DNA of 64,000 nucleotides from Flavobacteriales bacterium. GTDB taxonomy: Bacteria > Bacteroidota > Bacteroidia > Palsa-965. The notes beneath the pieces were generated by a model. It did no database searches and had not been told where the DNA came from. It was given only the letters and a program-made list of their open reading frames with translations. This document shows positions 30,397 through 39,938 of the stretch, piece after piece. The position numbers were made by a program, and so were the translations under genes. Each line of letters opens with the position of its first letter. Within the stretch, counting starts at the first letter, position 1. The DNA is taken from the NCBI GenBank assembly GCA_040377305.1, contig JBEIPA010000004.1, positions 128,001 to 192,000 on the forward strand, given 5' to 3'.

Positions 30397-31698
30397 TTGA
30401 AAAAGCTTAGCCTCACCGCCTGGATTCTTATTTCACTCGTTGGCGGAATCATTGCCGGCGTCATCGCGCACGATATGATATGGGGAAATATGGTGCTCGA
30501 TAAGCTCGATCCCGATATTCAGGCTGCAGTCAGAAATTACGCAGGAGAACAGTTGAAAGGCTTCAAACTTTGCAGCGACGTTTTCCTCAGCCTTGTGAAA
30601 GTAATTGTTGCTCCACTCGTGTTTTCACTGTTGCTCGTTGGACTTGTCAAGACCGGCAACTTCAAAGCCATGGGTCGCATCGGATTGAAAACGATGATCT
30701 ATTTCACCGGCGCTACGTTAATCGCATTGTCGATGGGTCTTATCATCGTGAACGTTTTCGAACCTGGAAAATCGCTGATTGATCATGGAATGATGCCTCT
30801 CGCCGGATCGAGTGTTGCACAACCGAAAGCCTTTAATCTTACAGAATTCGTTCTGCACATTTTTCCGAAGAACATCATTGATGCAATGGCGCACAACGAT
30901 ATACTTCCGATCATCGTCTTCGTATTGTTCTTCGCTGCTGCTGTTTCTGCAGTTGGCGAACGCGGAAAAATTGTACTCGATTTCTTCGATGCGATTTCAC
31001 ACATCATGTTGAAAGTAACAAGCTATGTGATGTTCTTCGCACCTCTTGCTGTTTTCGGAGCGGTTGCGGCCGTCATAGGATTGAACGGCCTTGGCGTCTT
31101 ACTCGGTTACGGAAAAATGATCCTCTGCTTCTTCGGTGGGCTCACTGTATTTGTTTTCGGCGTGTTGCCCGTCATCTGTTATTTTTTCCGCGTCAATTAC
31201 TGGCGACTGCTTGGATTGATCCGTGAGCCGATGATGATTGCATTCGGAACTTCTTCTTCGGAAGCTGCAATGCCGAAAACAATTACAGCGCTCGAACGTT
31301 TCGGTTGTCCTGATCGCATCATCGGATTTGTTCTTCCACTGGGTTACTCTTTCAATCTTGACGGTTCGATCATGTACATGACATTCGCAACAGTTACAAT
31401 TGCTCAGTTCACGGGTGTCGACATGCCATTGAAAGAACAGATTCTGATGATGTTGATGTTGCTCGTAACCAGCAAAGGACTCGCTGGAGTTCCTCGCGCA
31501 TCACTCGTTGTCATTTCCGGTATGTGCGCTGCATTCGGCATTCCCGCTGAAGGAATTCTTCTCATAATGGCTGTCGATTGGCTTCTCGACATGGGTCGCT
31601 CTGCTACGAACGTTGCGGGTAATGCGGTTGCAACTGCTGTTGTTTCCAAGTGGGAAAAATCGCTCGGCGATCCTAAACCCGAAGAACAACCTGCATAG
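30397..31698 (+). CDS. Dicarboxylate/amino acid:cation symporter (DAACS, GltP/DctA-like)
   Basis: FGTSSSEAA, PLGYSFNLDGS, SKGLAGVPRA, DMGRSATN; TTG start. Confidence 0.93.
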   Translation: MKKLSLTAWILISLVGGIIAGVIAHDMIWGNMVLDKLDPDIQAAVRNYAGEQLKGFKLCSDVFLSLVKVIVAPLVFSLLLVGLVKTGNFKAMGRIGLKTMIYFTGATLIALSMGLIIVNVFEPGKSLIDHGMMPLAGSSVAQPKAFNLTEFVLHIFPKNIIDAMAHNDILPIIVFVLFFAAAVSAVGERGKIVLDFFDAISHIMLKVTSYVMFFAPLAVFGAVAAVIGLNGLGVLLGYGKMILCFFGGLTVFVFGVLPVICYFFRVNYWRLLGLIREPMMIAFGTSSSEAAMPKTITALERFGCPDRIIGFVLPLGYSFNLDGSIMYMTFATVTIAQFTGVDMPLKEQILMMLMLLVTSKGLAGVPRASLVVISGMCAAFGIPAEGILLIMAVDWLLDMGRSATNVAGNAVATAVVSKWEKSLGDPKPEEQPA

Positions 31699-31832
31699 AT
31701 TATTTGAATTCTCAAATTGCTTTCGCGGTTCAATGATGCTCCTGCCTTTCGTTGTGCAAAACATGACCGTGATCAGTTTTTGTATTTGTATTCAAAGGTT
31801 CATCGAAATAAAAGGCGTTTTGTCGAAGAAAC

Positions 31833-31863
31833 TTTCAAGTGCTTGCCAGTTGCAGTAAATTTG
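31833..31863 (+). promoter_or_regulatory. Putative Bacteroidota housekeeping promoter for the leader-czc operon
   Basis: -7 box TAAATTTG (31856-31863) with a TTTC -33-like element 19 nt upstream. Confidence 0.5.
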
Positions 31864-31903
31864 AGTGTGTAGTTCGGATGATCCCCAACTCGAAGCAATA
31901 GGC

Positions 31904-32287
31904 ATGAAGCGCGCAGTAACTATAGTCTTGTTATTTGGTTTGTTGATTACACAGACTGAGCTGTATCAGCTTCTGAAGCTTCCGGTTGTTTTTCAGCATT
32001 ATCAGGAGCATCAGAAACGTGACGCTTCAATTTCTGTTTTCGATTTTCTGGTCATGCACTATGCTGGTGATGACAAGACTGATGCAGATCATGATCGCGA
32101 CATGCAGTTGCCTTTTAAAACATCAGATCACAATGTTGTTTCCGGTATTTCATTCGCAATTAAAACGGAAGGTGCTTCTATTGCTGTCGCTCCGATCTTT
32201 TTGATTCCAACATTGCGCGCTTTCTCCTGCGATAATTACAATTCTCTGCACGCCAGTGATATTTGGCAGCCACCTAAGCAGGCTTAA
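31904..32287 (+). CDS. Small exported His/Asp-rich protein preceding CzcA, C-terminal WQPPK; putative leader/arrest peptide
   Basis: Hydrophobic N-terminus; HYQEH, MHY and DADHDRD; ends HASDIWQPPKQA. Start set at ATG 31904. Confidence 0.7.
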   Translation: MKRAVTIVLLFGLLITQTELYQLLKLPVVFQHYQEHQKRDASISVFDFLVMHYAGDDKTDADHDRDMQLPFKTSDHNVVSGISFAIKTEGASIAVAPIFLIPTLRAFSCDNYNSLHASDIWQPPKQA

Positions 32288-32364
32288 TCAATTCGACTTC
32301 TTGTTTTCGCTGTAAACATTCTTACTGAATGTTGCTGCGTCATGTCTTGATTAAACCTTCTTCT

Positions 32365-35300
32365 ATGCTCAAATCAATCATTGGATTCTCAATCCACAAT
32401 AAATTAATTGTCGGCATTTTTACCCTCGTTCTAATTGTCTACGGAGCGTATAGTGTAACACGTTTGCCGATCGACGCAGTACCTGATATTACTAATAATC
32501 AGGTAATGATAATTACCACATCGCCTTCTCTCGGAGCTGCTGATATTGAGCGGCTCATCACTTTTCCTATTGAACAAAATACACGGAACATTCCGGGAAT
32601 CATCGAGCAACGTTCATTCTCCCGGTTCGGACTTTCTCTTGTAACGCTTGTGTTCGATGATAACACGGACATCTATTGGGCCCGACAACAAATCAGCGAA
32701 CGACTTGTACAAGTTCAGGAACAGATACCGTCCGGTCTTGGTGTTCCGACAATGGGTCCCGTAACAACCGGCTTAGGTGAAATTTTCCAATATGTAATCC
32801 GACCTGAACCTGGATATGAATCGAAATATGACGCTACAGAACTGCGCACGATTCAGGATTGGGTTGTCCGTCGTCAATTGCTTGGCACAAAAGGGGTGGC
32901 AGACGTGAGCAGCTTCGGTGGTAAACTCAAGCAATATGAAATAGCAGTGAACACCGACAAGCTGGAGGCACATAACCTGACCATCACCGATGTGCTGGTT
33001 GCTCTCGAAAAAAATAATCAGAATACGGGCGGCGCGTATATAGAAAAAGGCCCCGCAGTATTATACATCCGCACAGAAGGTCTATTGAATACAATGGACG
33101 ATATAGGTGCTACTCCGGTATTACAAACCGACAACGGAATTCCAATACTTATTCGTGACATCGGAACTCTGCATGAAGGATACGCAACACGATATGGAGC
33201 GATGTGCTACAACGGCGATGGCGAAGTAGCGGGCGGCATTGTGATGATGCTGAAGGGTGCAAATTCTTCTGACGTAATAGAAGATGTGAAATCCAAAATT
33301 GCATTAATACAGGAAACACTTCCGGAAGGACTAAAGATTGAAGCGTTTCTGGATCGAACGAAGATGGTCGATAATGCACTGGATACTGTAACAACCAACC
33401 TGCTCGAAGGCGCATTGATAGTCTTGTTTGTGTTGGTGCTGTTTCTTGGGAATTTCAGAGCGGGACTAATAGTAGCATCCGTTATTCCCTTAGCCATGTT
33501 GTTCGCGGTAATCATGATGAACTTATTTGGTGTTGGCGGAAACCTGATGAGTCTTGGCGCGTTGGATTTCGGTCTGATCGTAGACGGAACAGTGATCATT
33601 GTTGAAGCAATTCTCCACCGCATTGAAACCAACAAGCTCTTCCATGGCGTTCACAAAATTGATCAGCAGACCATGAACGAACAAGTAGAATATTCATCCG
33701 GAAAAATCATGAAGTCCGCAGCGTTTGGACAAGTCATTATTCTGATTGTATATCTGCCATTCTTCGCGCTTCGTGGAATTGAAGGAAAAATGTTTCAGCC
33801 CATGGCTATGACAGTTTCATTCGCAATTATCGGAGCCTTTATCCTTTCTCTCACTTATGTTCCCATGATGAGTTCACTGTTTCTCAGCAAAAAGATTTCG
33901 CATCGAAAAACATTTGCAGACAAAATGATGGCGGGCATACAACGCGTCTATCAGCCCATGCTTGAAAAAGCACTAAGGTTTCCAAAGACAATTGTATTCG
34001 CCTCGATCGCACTATTCACGCTTTCCGTTTATGTACTCGGTAGTTTAGGTGGAGAATTCATTCCTGAGTTGGAAGAAGGTGATTTCGCTGTTGAAACGCG
34101 CGTGCTTCCCGGAAGTTCACTCACTACCACTATTAAAGCGACTCAACAAACAGCCGCAATACTTGTTGATCAGTTTCCTGAAGTAGAAAAAGTGGTAACG
34201 AAAATCGGCAGCGGAGAAATTCCAACTGATCCAATGCCCATGGAAGCTTCCGATATGATGGTCATTCTCAAACCGAAAAGTGAATGGACGTCGGCAACAA
34301 CATTTGATGAGCTCGCTGAAAAAATGAGTGCTGCTGTAAGTGTAATTCCGGGCGTAACGGTTGGATTCCAGTTTCCGGTTCAGATGAGATTCAATGAGCT
34401 TATGACCGGAGCACGACAGGATGTGGTGTGCAAGATATTCGGTGAAAATCTGGATTCACTTGCGTACTACGCCGGTCTTGTTGGTGCAATTGCTCAAACT
34501 GTCGAGGGCGCCAAAGACATCTATGTAGAACCCGTTACAGGTATGCCGCAAATCGTAGTCAACTACAAGCGCGATGTAATAGCACAGCACGGGTTAAACA
34601 TTGAAGACGTAAACCGTGTAGTTGAAGCTGCATTTGCCGGAACCGTTTGCGGTCAGGTTTTTGAAAATGAGCGCCGCTTTGATATGGTGGTGCGCCTGGA
34701 GAGTGAGTCGAGGAAGAGCGTCGAGGATGTACAGAATCTACTCATATCATCTCCCGAAGGTTCGCAGATCCCGCTTCGTCAGCTTGCAGATGTTACCATT
34801 CAGGTTGGCCCTAATCAAATTCAAAGAGAAGAAGCACAGCGCAGAATTACAGTGGGCTTCAACGTGCGCGGGCGCGATGTTCAGTCGCTCGTGAAAGAAC
34901 TCGAACAGAAAATCAAAGGGCAAATCAAACTGCCAAGCGGATACTACGTTACCTACGGTGGCCAGTTTGAAAATCTCACGGCAGCAAAACAACGTTTAGG
35001 TTTAGCGGTACCCGTTGCGCTGCTGCTGATTTTTCTCCTGCTGTATTTTGCTTTCCATTCTGTTCGGCAGGGATTACTGATCTATTCAGCAATTCCTCTT
35101 GCTGCGATTGGTGGAATTCTCACGTTGTGGCTGATAGGAATGCCGTTTTCAATTTCTGCAGGTGTGGGCTTCATCGCACTTTTCGGTGTTGCCGTGTTGA
35201 ATGGAATTGTTTTGATCACTGAATTCAATTCGCTGAAGGCCGATGGCGTCAAAAATCAACACGAAAGGATCATCACCGGAACACGGATATTACTTAGACC

Positions 35301-36786
35301 AGTTCTCATGACCGCAGCGGTTGCTTCATTGGGATTCTTACCCATGGCACTGAGCAACGGCGCTGGTGCAGAAGTGCAACGTCCACTGGCAAGTGTTGTA
35401 ATCGGAGGTTTAATTACGGCAACAATACTCACACTATTCGTGCTTCCTGTGCTGTATAATATCTACAACCGCGATGGTAAACCACAAAAACACAGAAGCG
35501 GACTTGCCCTTTTGAGGTTGCGACTTCGGGCTATCAAAAAGCGAAAGAACTCACGACGAAATTTGGGATTCGTATTATTCTTTCTCCTTTTCACTATCCC
35601 TTCCTGGAGTCAATCGCCAACGATTTCACTGGAGAATGCAATCGACTCCGCGATGAACAATAACCTCGATGTGCTTGTTGCGGCATTAAATAAAAATGCT
35701 GCTGCTTCAGCTGAGAAAACGGCGTGGCAAATACCGGCAACCGAAATTGGATTTGAGTCCGGACAAATAAACAGCTATGCAACTGATAATCGGTTTACAG
35801 TTGCTCAGTCGTTTGACTTTCCAACTGTGTACACCGAACGCAGCAAATTACTACGCGCCGAAAGCGGTATCGCTGCAGAAAATGAACTTCTTACGCGACT
35901 TGAAGTGCGCAGGCAGGTTACTACACTGTATTATCGCTTACTGGTGCTGGATGAAAAACGAAAAATCCTGCGTAGTTATGACTCAATTTGCAATCTGCAA
36001 TCGCAACGACAGACTGATGCGTTGACGTCCGGAGAATCAACAATTCTTGAGAAAGTCTCTGCAGAAAGCAAGCAACAAAGCGTAGCCATGGAGCTCAGCC
36101 AGGTAAATGCAGCGTTTCTTTCCGCACAAATTGCTTTGTCGCAATTAATGCATACGCAGATTCTCTATCGACCCGACTCGCGGGATATACGGTTAAGCGC
36201 AGTAGTCACCACCGACACCTCCGCTGCGCGTGCCCATCCAATATCAAGAATTGCGGCTTATGAACGTGATGTTGCGTTTCGGAATATGCGAATTGCTAAA
36301 CAATCTTTTCTTCCGCGATTCTCTGTCGGCTATTACAACATGAGCATCGTGGGGTGGCAGTTAGTCGATCATACAGATCGCTACTTCAATAGTCGTTATC
36401 GTTTTGCATCGGTAGCTGTCGGTATTTCCGTACCGCTTTCCTTTAGAGCGACTTCTGCGCAGATAAGACAGCAACAATTCCGCTACCAGGCTATGTCCAT
36501 GCAATATTCGGCCACCACATGGTACTGGCAGAATGAAATCCGCATTGTGAATTCCGACCTCGCCCAAAGCGCCTCATCTCTTTTATACTTTGAAACTTCG
36601 GGACTACCGAATGCGGCATTAATTGAATCCGCTGCGCAAACGCGATTCGCTGAAGGAGACATTTCCTATTTCGAATGGATGATCCTCATGGAGCAAGCCA
36701 TTACTATCCGAAAAGATTATCTCAGCACAGTTGAGAAATGGAACAATAATATTATCACGGTCAAATACACATCTGCAAATCTTTAA
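32365..36786 (+). CDS. czcA: CzcA/CusA-family heavy-metal RND permease fused to a C-terminal TolC-like outer-membrane factor
   Basis: LPIDAVPDIT; TM4 ALDFGLIVDGTVIIVE (divalent-cation type); RPVLMTA; then about 390 aa OMF-like region (ISLENAIDSAMNNNL...FAEGDISYFEW). Start set at ATG 32365. Confidence 0.92.
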   Translation: MLKSIIGFSIHNKLIVGIFTLVLIVYGAYSVTRLPIDAVPDITNNQVMIITTSPSLGAADIERLITFPIEQNTRNIPGIIEQRSFSRFGLSLVTLVFDDNTDIYWARQQISERLVQVQEQIPSGLGVPTMGPVTTGLGEIFQYVIRPEPGYESKYDATELRTIQDWVVRRQLLGTKGVADVSSFGGKLKQYEIAVNTDKLEAHNLTITDVLVALEKNNQNTGGAYIEKGPAVLYIRTEGLLNTMDDIGATPVLQTDNGIPILIRDIGTLHEGYATRYGAMCYNGDGEVAGGIVMMLKGANSSDVIEDVKSKIALIQETLPEGLKIEAFLDRTKMVDNALDTVTTNLLEGALIVLFVLVLFLGNFRAGLIVASVIPLAMLFAVIMMNLFGVGGNLMSLGALDFGLIVDGTVIIVEAILHRIETNKLFHGVHKIDQQTMNEQVEYSSGKIMKSAAFGQVIILIVYLPFFALRGIEGKMFQPMAMTVSFAIIGAFILSLTYVPMMSSLFLSKKISHRKTFADKMMAGIQRVYQPMLEKALRFPKTIVFASIALFTLSVYVLGSLGGEFIPELEEGDFAVETRVLPGSSLTTTIKATQQTAAILVDQFPEVEKVVTKIGSGEIPTDPMPMEASDMMVILKPKSEWTSATTFDELAEKMSAAVSVIPGVTVGFQFPVQMRFNELMTGARQDVVCKIFGENLDSLAYYAGLVGAIAQTVEGAKDIYVEPVTGMPQIVVNYKRDVIAQHGLNIEDVNRVVEAAFAGTVCGQVFENERRFDMVVRLESESRKSVEDVQNLLISSPEGSQIPLRQLADVTIQVGPNQIQREEAQRRITVGFNVRGRDVQSLVKELEQKIKGQIKLPSGYYVTYGGQFENLTAAKQRLGLAVPVALLLIFLLLYFAFHSVRQGLLIYSAIPLAAIGGILTLWLIGMPFSISAGVGFIALFGVAVLNGIVLITEFNSLKADGVKNQHERIITGTRILLRPVLMTAAVASLGFLPMALSNGAGAEVQRPLASVVIGGLITATILTLFVLPVLYNIYNRDGKPQKHRSGLALLRLRLRAIKKRKNSRRNLGFVLFFLLFTIPSWSQSPTISLENAIDSAMNNNLDVLVAALNKNAAASAEKTAWQIPATEIGFESGQINSYATDNRFTVAQSFDFPTVYTERSKLLRAESGIAAENELLTRLEVRRQVTTLYYRLLVLDEKRKILRSYDSICNLQSQRQTDALTSGESTILEKVSAESKQQSVAMELSQVNAAFLSAQIALSQLMHTQILYRPDSRDIRLSAVVTTDTSAARAHPISRIAAYERDVAFRNMRIAKQSFLPRFSVGYYNMSIVGWQLVDHTDRYFNSRYRFASVAVGISVPLSFRATSAQIRQQQFRYQAMSMQYSATTWYWQNEIRIVNSDLAQSASSLLYFETSGLPNAALIESAAQTRFAEGDISYFEWMILMEQAITIRKDYLSTVEKWNNNIITVKYTSANL

Positions 36787-36796
36787 TCACACGATC

Positions 36797-37930
36797 ATGA
36801 AAAAGCTAATTTATATTCTCATTACATCAACGTTGGTATGGTCGTGTAACAGCGCCCCCGTTGAAAAGGCGGAAAATACTTCTACGCCACAAGCCCTTCA
36901 GCAAATAACATTTACGGAAGCACAAATGCTGAATGCTGAAATACAAATAGGGACGGCAGAACTGAAGGATCTGGCTGCTGTTATCAGAGCAAATGGTGTT
37001 GTTGATGTTCCACCTCAGAATCTCGTAAGCGTTAGTTTTCCGCTTGGTGGATATCTACGTTCTACCAACCTTCTCCCGGGCGCAGAAGTAAAACGCGGAC
37101 AAGTAATCGCAGTTATGGAAGATGTTGCTTACATCGAGATGCAGGAACAATATCTTGTTGTTAGCGCACAATTAGAGTTGCAGAAAAAAGAAGTTCTGCG
37201 TCAGCGCACATTGAATGCAACGAAGGCCTCGAGCGACAAGACCGTGGAACAGGTAGAGACTGAATTCGCGACACTTGAAGCCAACCATAGTAGTCTTCGT
37301 GAGAAATTATTGCTAATCGGGATCGCGCCCGATAAGTTGACAGCTGCAAACATTACGGGCAAGGTGAATATTTATTCTCCGATCGACGGATATGTTTCTG
37401 ATGTATTCGTAAACATTGGAATGTATCTGAACCCTTCCGATATATTGTTTGAGTTGGTGAATCCTACAGATCTTCATGTGGCACTTACGGTTTTCGAGAA
37501 AGATCTTCCTCTGCTTCAGGCTGGACAAAAAATAAGATTCAATACAACCAGCGACCCAACCAATTTTTTCGAGGGAGAAGTTGTTTTGGTAGGTCGCAAG
37601 CTTGATGAAAATAGATCGGCGGAGGTTCACTGCCATTTTAGTGCGGCTAACAAGCAACTGATTCCCGGAATGTTCGTTACCGGAGAAATCGAGGTCACCA
37701 GATCTGTTGTCAAGTGTGTTCCCGAGGACGCAGTGGTGCGGCTTGCTGATTCTGAATACATCTACATTCAGGAGGCAGAGGGAACATTCCTGCGATCCAA
37801 GGTCACGACCGGTGTTATTCGCGATGGATGGATCGAAATCCTAACAAGTGAAGTTGGGTTGACAGACAAAAAACTAATTACTCACAATGCCTGGTCCGCG
37901 CTTATGCTGCAAGAGAATACGGGCGAGTAG
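36797..37930 (+). CDS. czcB: RND efflux periplasmic adaptor (CzcB-like), lipoprotein
   Basis: Lipobox LVWS-C; lipoyl halves GAEVKRGQVIA and IYSPIDGYV; LIPGMFV. Confidence 0.88.
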   Translation: MKKLIYILITSTLVWSCNSAPVEKAENTSTPQALQQITFTEAQMLNAEIQIGTAELKDLAAVIRANGVVDVPPQNLVSVSFPLGGYLRSTNLLPGAEVKRGQVIAVMEDVAYIEMQEQYLVVSAQLELQKKEVLRQRTLNATKASSDKTVEQVETEFATLEANHSSLREKLLLIGIAPDKLTAANITGKVNIYSPIDGYVSDVFVNIGMYLNPSDILFELVNPTDLHVALTVFEKDLPLLQAGQKIRFNTTSDPTNFFEGEVVLVGRKLDENRSAEVHCHFSAANKQLIPGMFVTGEIEVTRSVVKCVPEDAVVRLADSEYIYIQEAEGTFLRSKVTTGVIRDGWIEILTSEVGLTDKKLITHNAWSALMLQENTGE

Positions 37931-37979
37931 CTGCCTGGAATAGTGTAGCGATTTAAACATTCCTCGCTCCGCTTAAAAT

Positions 37980-38040
37980 GGTAGGTGTGTTTTGGTTGCA
38001 ATGCAAGTTGAAACGCATGTGCAGCTAAAACACGCCTACC
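37980..38040 (+). other. Long RNA stem-loop between czcB and dedA (terminator or regulatory)
   Basis: 21-bp stem 37980-38000 / 38020-38040, fully paired with three G-U wobbles. Confidence 0.7.
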
Positions 38041-38048
38041 TTTACTAC

Positions 38049-38678
38049 ATGTGGGAATTCCTCAAACAGCTTACAGATCCCGAATCAATCATCTCCTACG
38101 GTGGACTTGCGCTGCTGTTGTTTGTGGTCTTCGCTGAAACAGGTCTGCTCATCGGATTCTTCCTTCCCGGAGATTCTCTCATTTTTATTTCCGGACTAAT
38201 CTGTCGCACGAAACCGGACCTGCTCACGCCCAATATATTTATCCTGCTACTGCTCCTGACCACTGCTGCCGTATTGGGTAACATGGCAGGCTACTGGTTC
38301 GGATGGAAAGTCGGCCCCTCCCTATTCAACCGCAAGGATTCCTGGATTTTCAAAAAACGTTACCTCGAAACTACCCAGGCATTTTATGAGAAAAATGGAG
38401 GAAAAACGCTCATTTTAGGTCGATTTTTGCCAATAATTAGAACTTTTGCCCCGATTTTGGCCGGAATCATCAAAATTCCGTTCTCCAGATTCATGTTCTA
38501 TAACATGACCGGAGCGGTTGCTTGGATCGGCTCGCTCGGACTTGCCGGCTACTATCTCGGACAAATCAAATGGGTTCAGGACAATATTGGCTGGATCGTG
38601 CTGGCTCTCATCGTGGTTACGCTTATTCCGGTAGCAACCACTTGGATCCGCAGCAAAAAACCCTCTTCTCCCCAATGA
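38049..38678 (+). CDS. dedA: DedA/VTT family membrane protein
   Basis: FAETGLLIGFFLPGDSL, GRFLPIIRTFAP; start set at ATG 38049. Confidence 0.93.
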   Translation: MWEFLKQLTDPESIISYGGLALLLFVVFAETGLLIGFFLPGDSLIFISGLICRTKPDLLTPNIFILLLLLTTAAVLGNMAGYWFGWKVGPSLFNRKDSWIFKKRYLETTQAFYEKNGGKTLILGRFLPIIRTFAPILAGIIKIPFSRFMFYNMTGAVAWIGSLGLAGYYLGQIKWVQDNIGWIVLALIVVTLIPVATTWIRSKKPSSPQ

Positions 38679-38963
38679 AATCTGAATAGAGCGCCGTGTA
38701 CGCCGGATGGGAATCGGTCATCTAACACCAAGCACCTTTCGCCGTTTCCCTGTTTCGCCGTGGAGGCTCGCTGCAAGCGTCGGCGTCGTGTTTGAAGCAA
38801 TCCACCTGTAATGTGTTTCAAGCCAGTTATCAAAACCCGCTTTTTCTAACGGAATGTTGTGCGCAACTTCGATTCCACAACAGCATTAAAGTCCCCTTTC
38901 TCCTTCTGAAGGAACGCCTTCGTCGCAATGAAAAATGGACTTTTTAGTCTAAACATGATTTTG

Positions 38964-38971
38964 TAAGTTTG
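38964..38971 (+). promoter_or_regulatory. Putative -7 promoter box for the exbB operon
   Basis: TAAGTTTG matches TAnnTTTG, 130 nt upstream of exbB. Confidence 0.45.
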
Positions 38972-39101
38972 ATCCCCTTGAAAAGAGGCTTGTTTACAGA
39001 AATTTAACTTCACAAAAATCGAAGGCTAATTAAATACTGGTAACATCGCATCCCCAAGAGTAACAACGACTAATTAAATAAACAACCAAACAAAAATCGC
39101 T

Positions 39102-39902
39102 ATGAGCAAGAAGAAGTCCTCGAATATTGCGGCTTACTTCACGATTGGAATTTTTATCGTGGAATTAATCATTAGTATTCTCATCTACACTCAAGTTTTG
39201 GGCAATCCGTCCAACTTCGAGAATATGGATCCAGAGAAAGGTCATCCGATTAACATTCTCGGGACAGTTCACAAGGGTGGAATGATTGTACCGGTTCTTA
39301 TTTGCATCAACCTGATCATTCTTACTTTCTTCATCGAGCGCTTGATTACACTGTTGCGTGCTCGTGGAACAGGTAACGTTTCAAACTTTGTGGCGAACAT
39401 CCGCGAACTCGTAGAGAACGATCGTATCGATGAAGCAATGGCTGCATGCGACCGTCAGAAAGGTTCTATCGGAAACGTAGTTCGTGCCGGACTTGAGAAA
39501 TACACACTTGTTGCAAACGATTCTACTATGGACAAAGAATCTAAAGTTGCAGCTATCCAGAAAGACCTTGAAGAAGCAACTTCATTGGAGCTTCCTATGC
39601 TTTCTAAAAACCTCGTTATCCTTTCAACTTGCGCTTCGATCGCGACTCTCGTGGGTCTTATCGGAACAGTTGTAGGTATGATCAAAGCGTTCCAGGCCCT
39701 TGCTAACGCAGGTGCTCCTGATGCGAACGCCCTTGCAACGGGTATTTCTGAAGCCTTGATCAATACTGCACTCGGTATCTTCGGTTCTTGCCTTGCGATC
39801 ATTTTCTACAACATGTTCACAACGCAGATCGATCGTATCACTTACGGTATCGACGAAGCAAACTTCAGTATCGTACAAACTTTCGCTGCTAAGAAACACT
39901 AG
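39102..39902 (+). CDS. exbB: MotA/TolQ/ExbB proton channel
   Basis: TLVGLIGTVVGMIKAF, GISEALINTALG. Confidence 0.94.
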   Translation: MSKKKSSNIAAYFTIGIFIVELIISILIYTQVLGNPSNFENMDPEKGHPINILGTVHKGGMIVPVLICINLIILTFFIERLITLLRARGTGNVSNFVANIRELVENDRIDEAMAACDRQKGSIGNVVRAGLEKYTLVANDSTMDKESKVAAIQKDLEEATSLELPMLSKNLVILSTCASIATLVGLIGTVVGMIKAFQALANAGAPDANALATGISEALINTALGIFGSCLAIIFYNMFTTQIDRITYGIDEANFSIVQTFAAKKH

Positions 39903-39938
39903 TAGTTTTCATTTTCTGAAACATTAAACTGAAAAGGA

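Noticed and set aside
31699-37979. czc cluster as a mobile genomic island
   Set aside because: No integrase, transposase, tRNA or flanking direct repeats seen; any compositional shift could not be quantified by eye.
38690-38800. GC-rich stretch after dedA considered as a tRNA or riboswitch
   Set aside because: No cloverleaf, T-loop GTTC motif or recognisable aptamer consensus.
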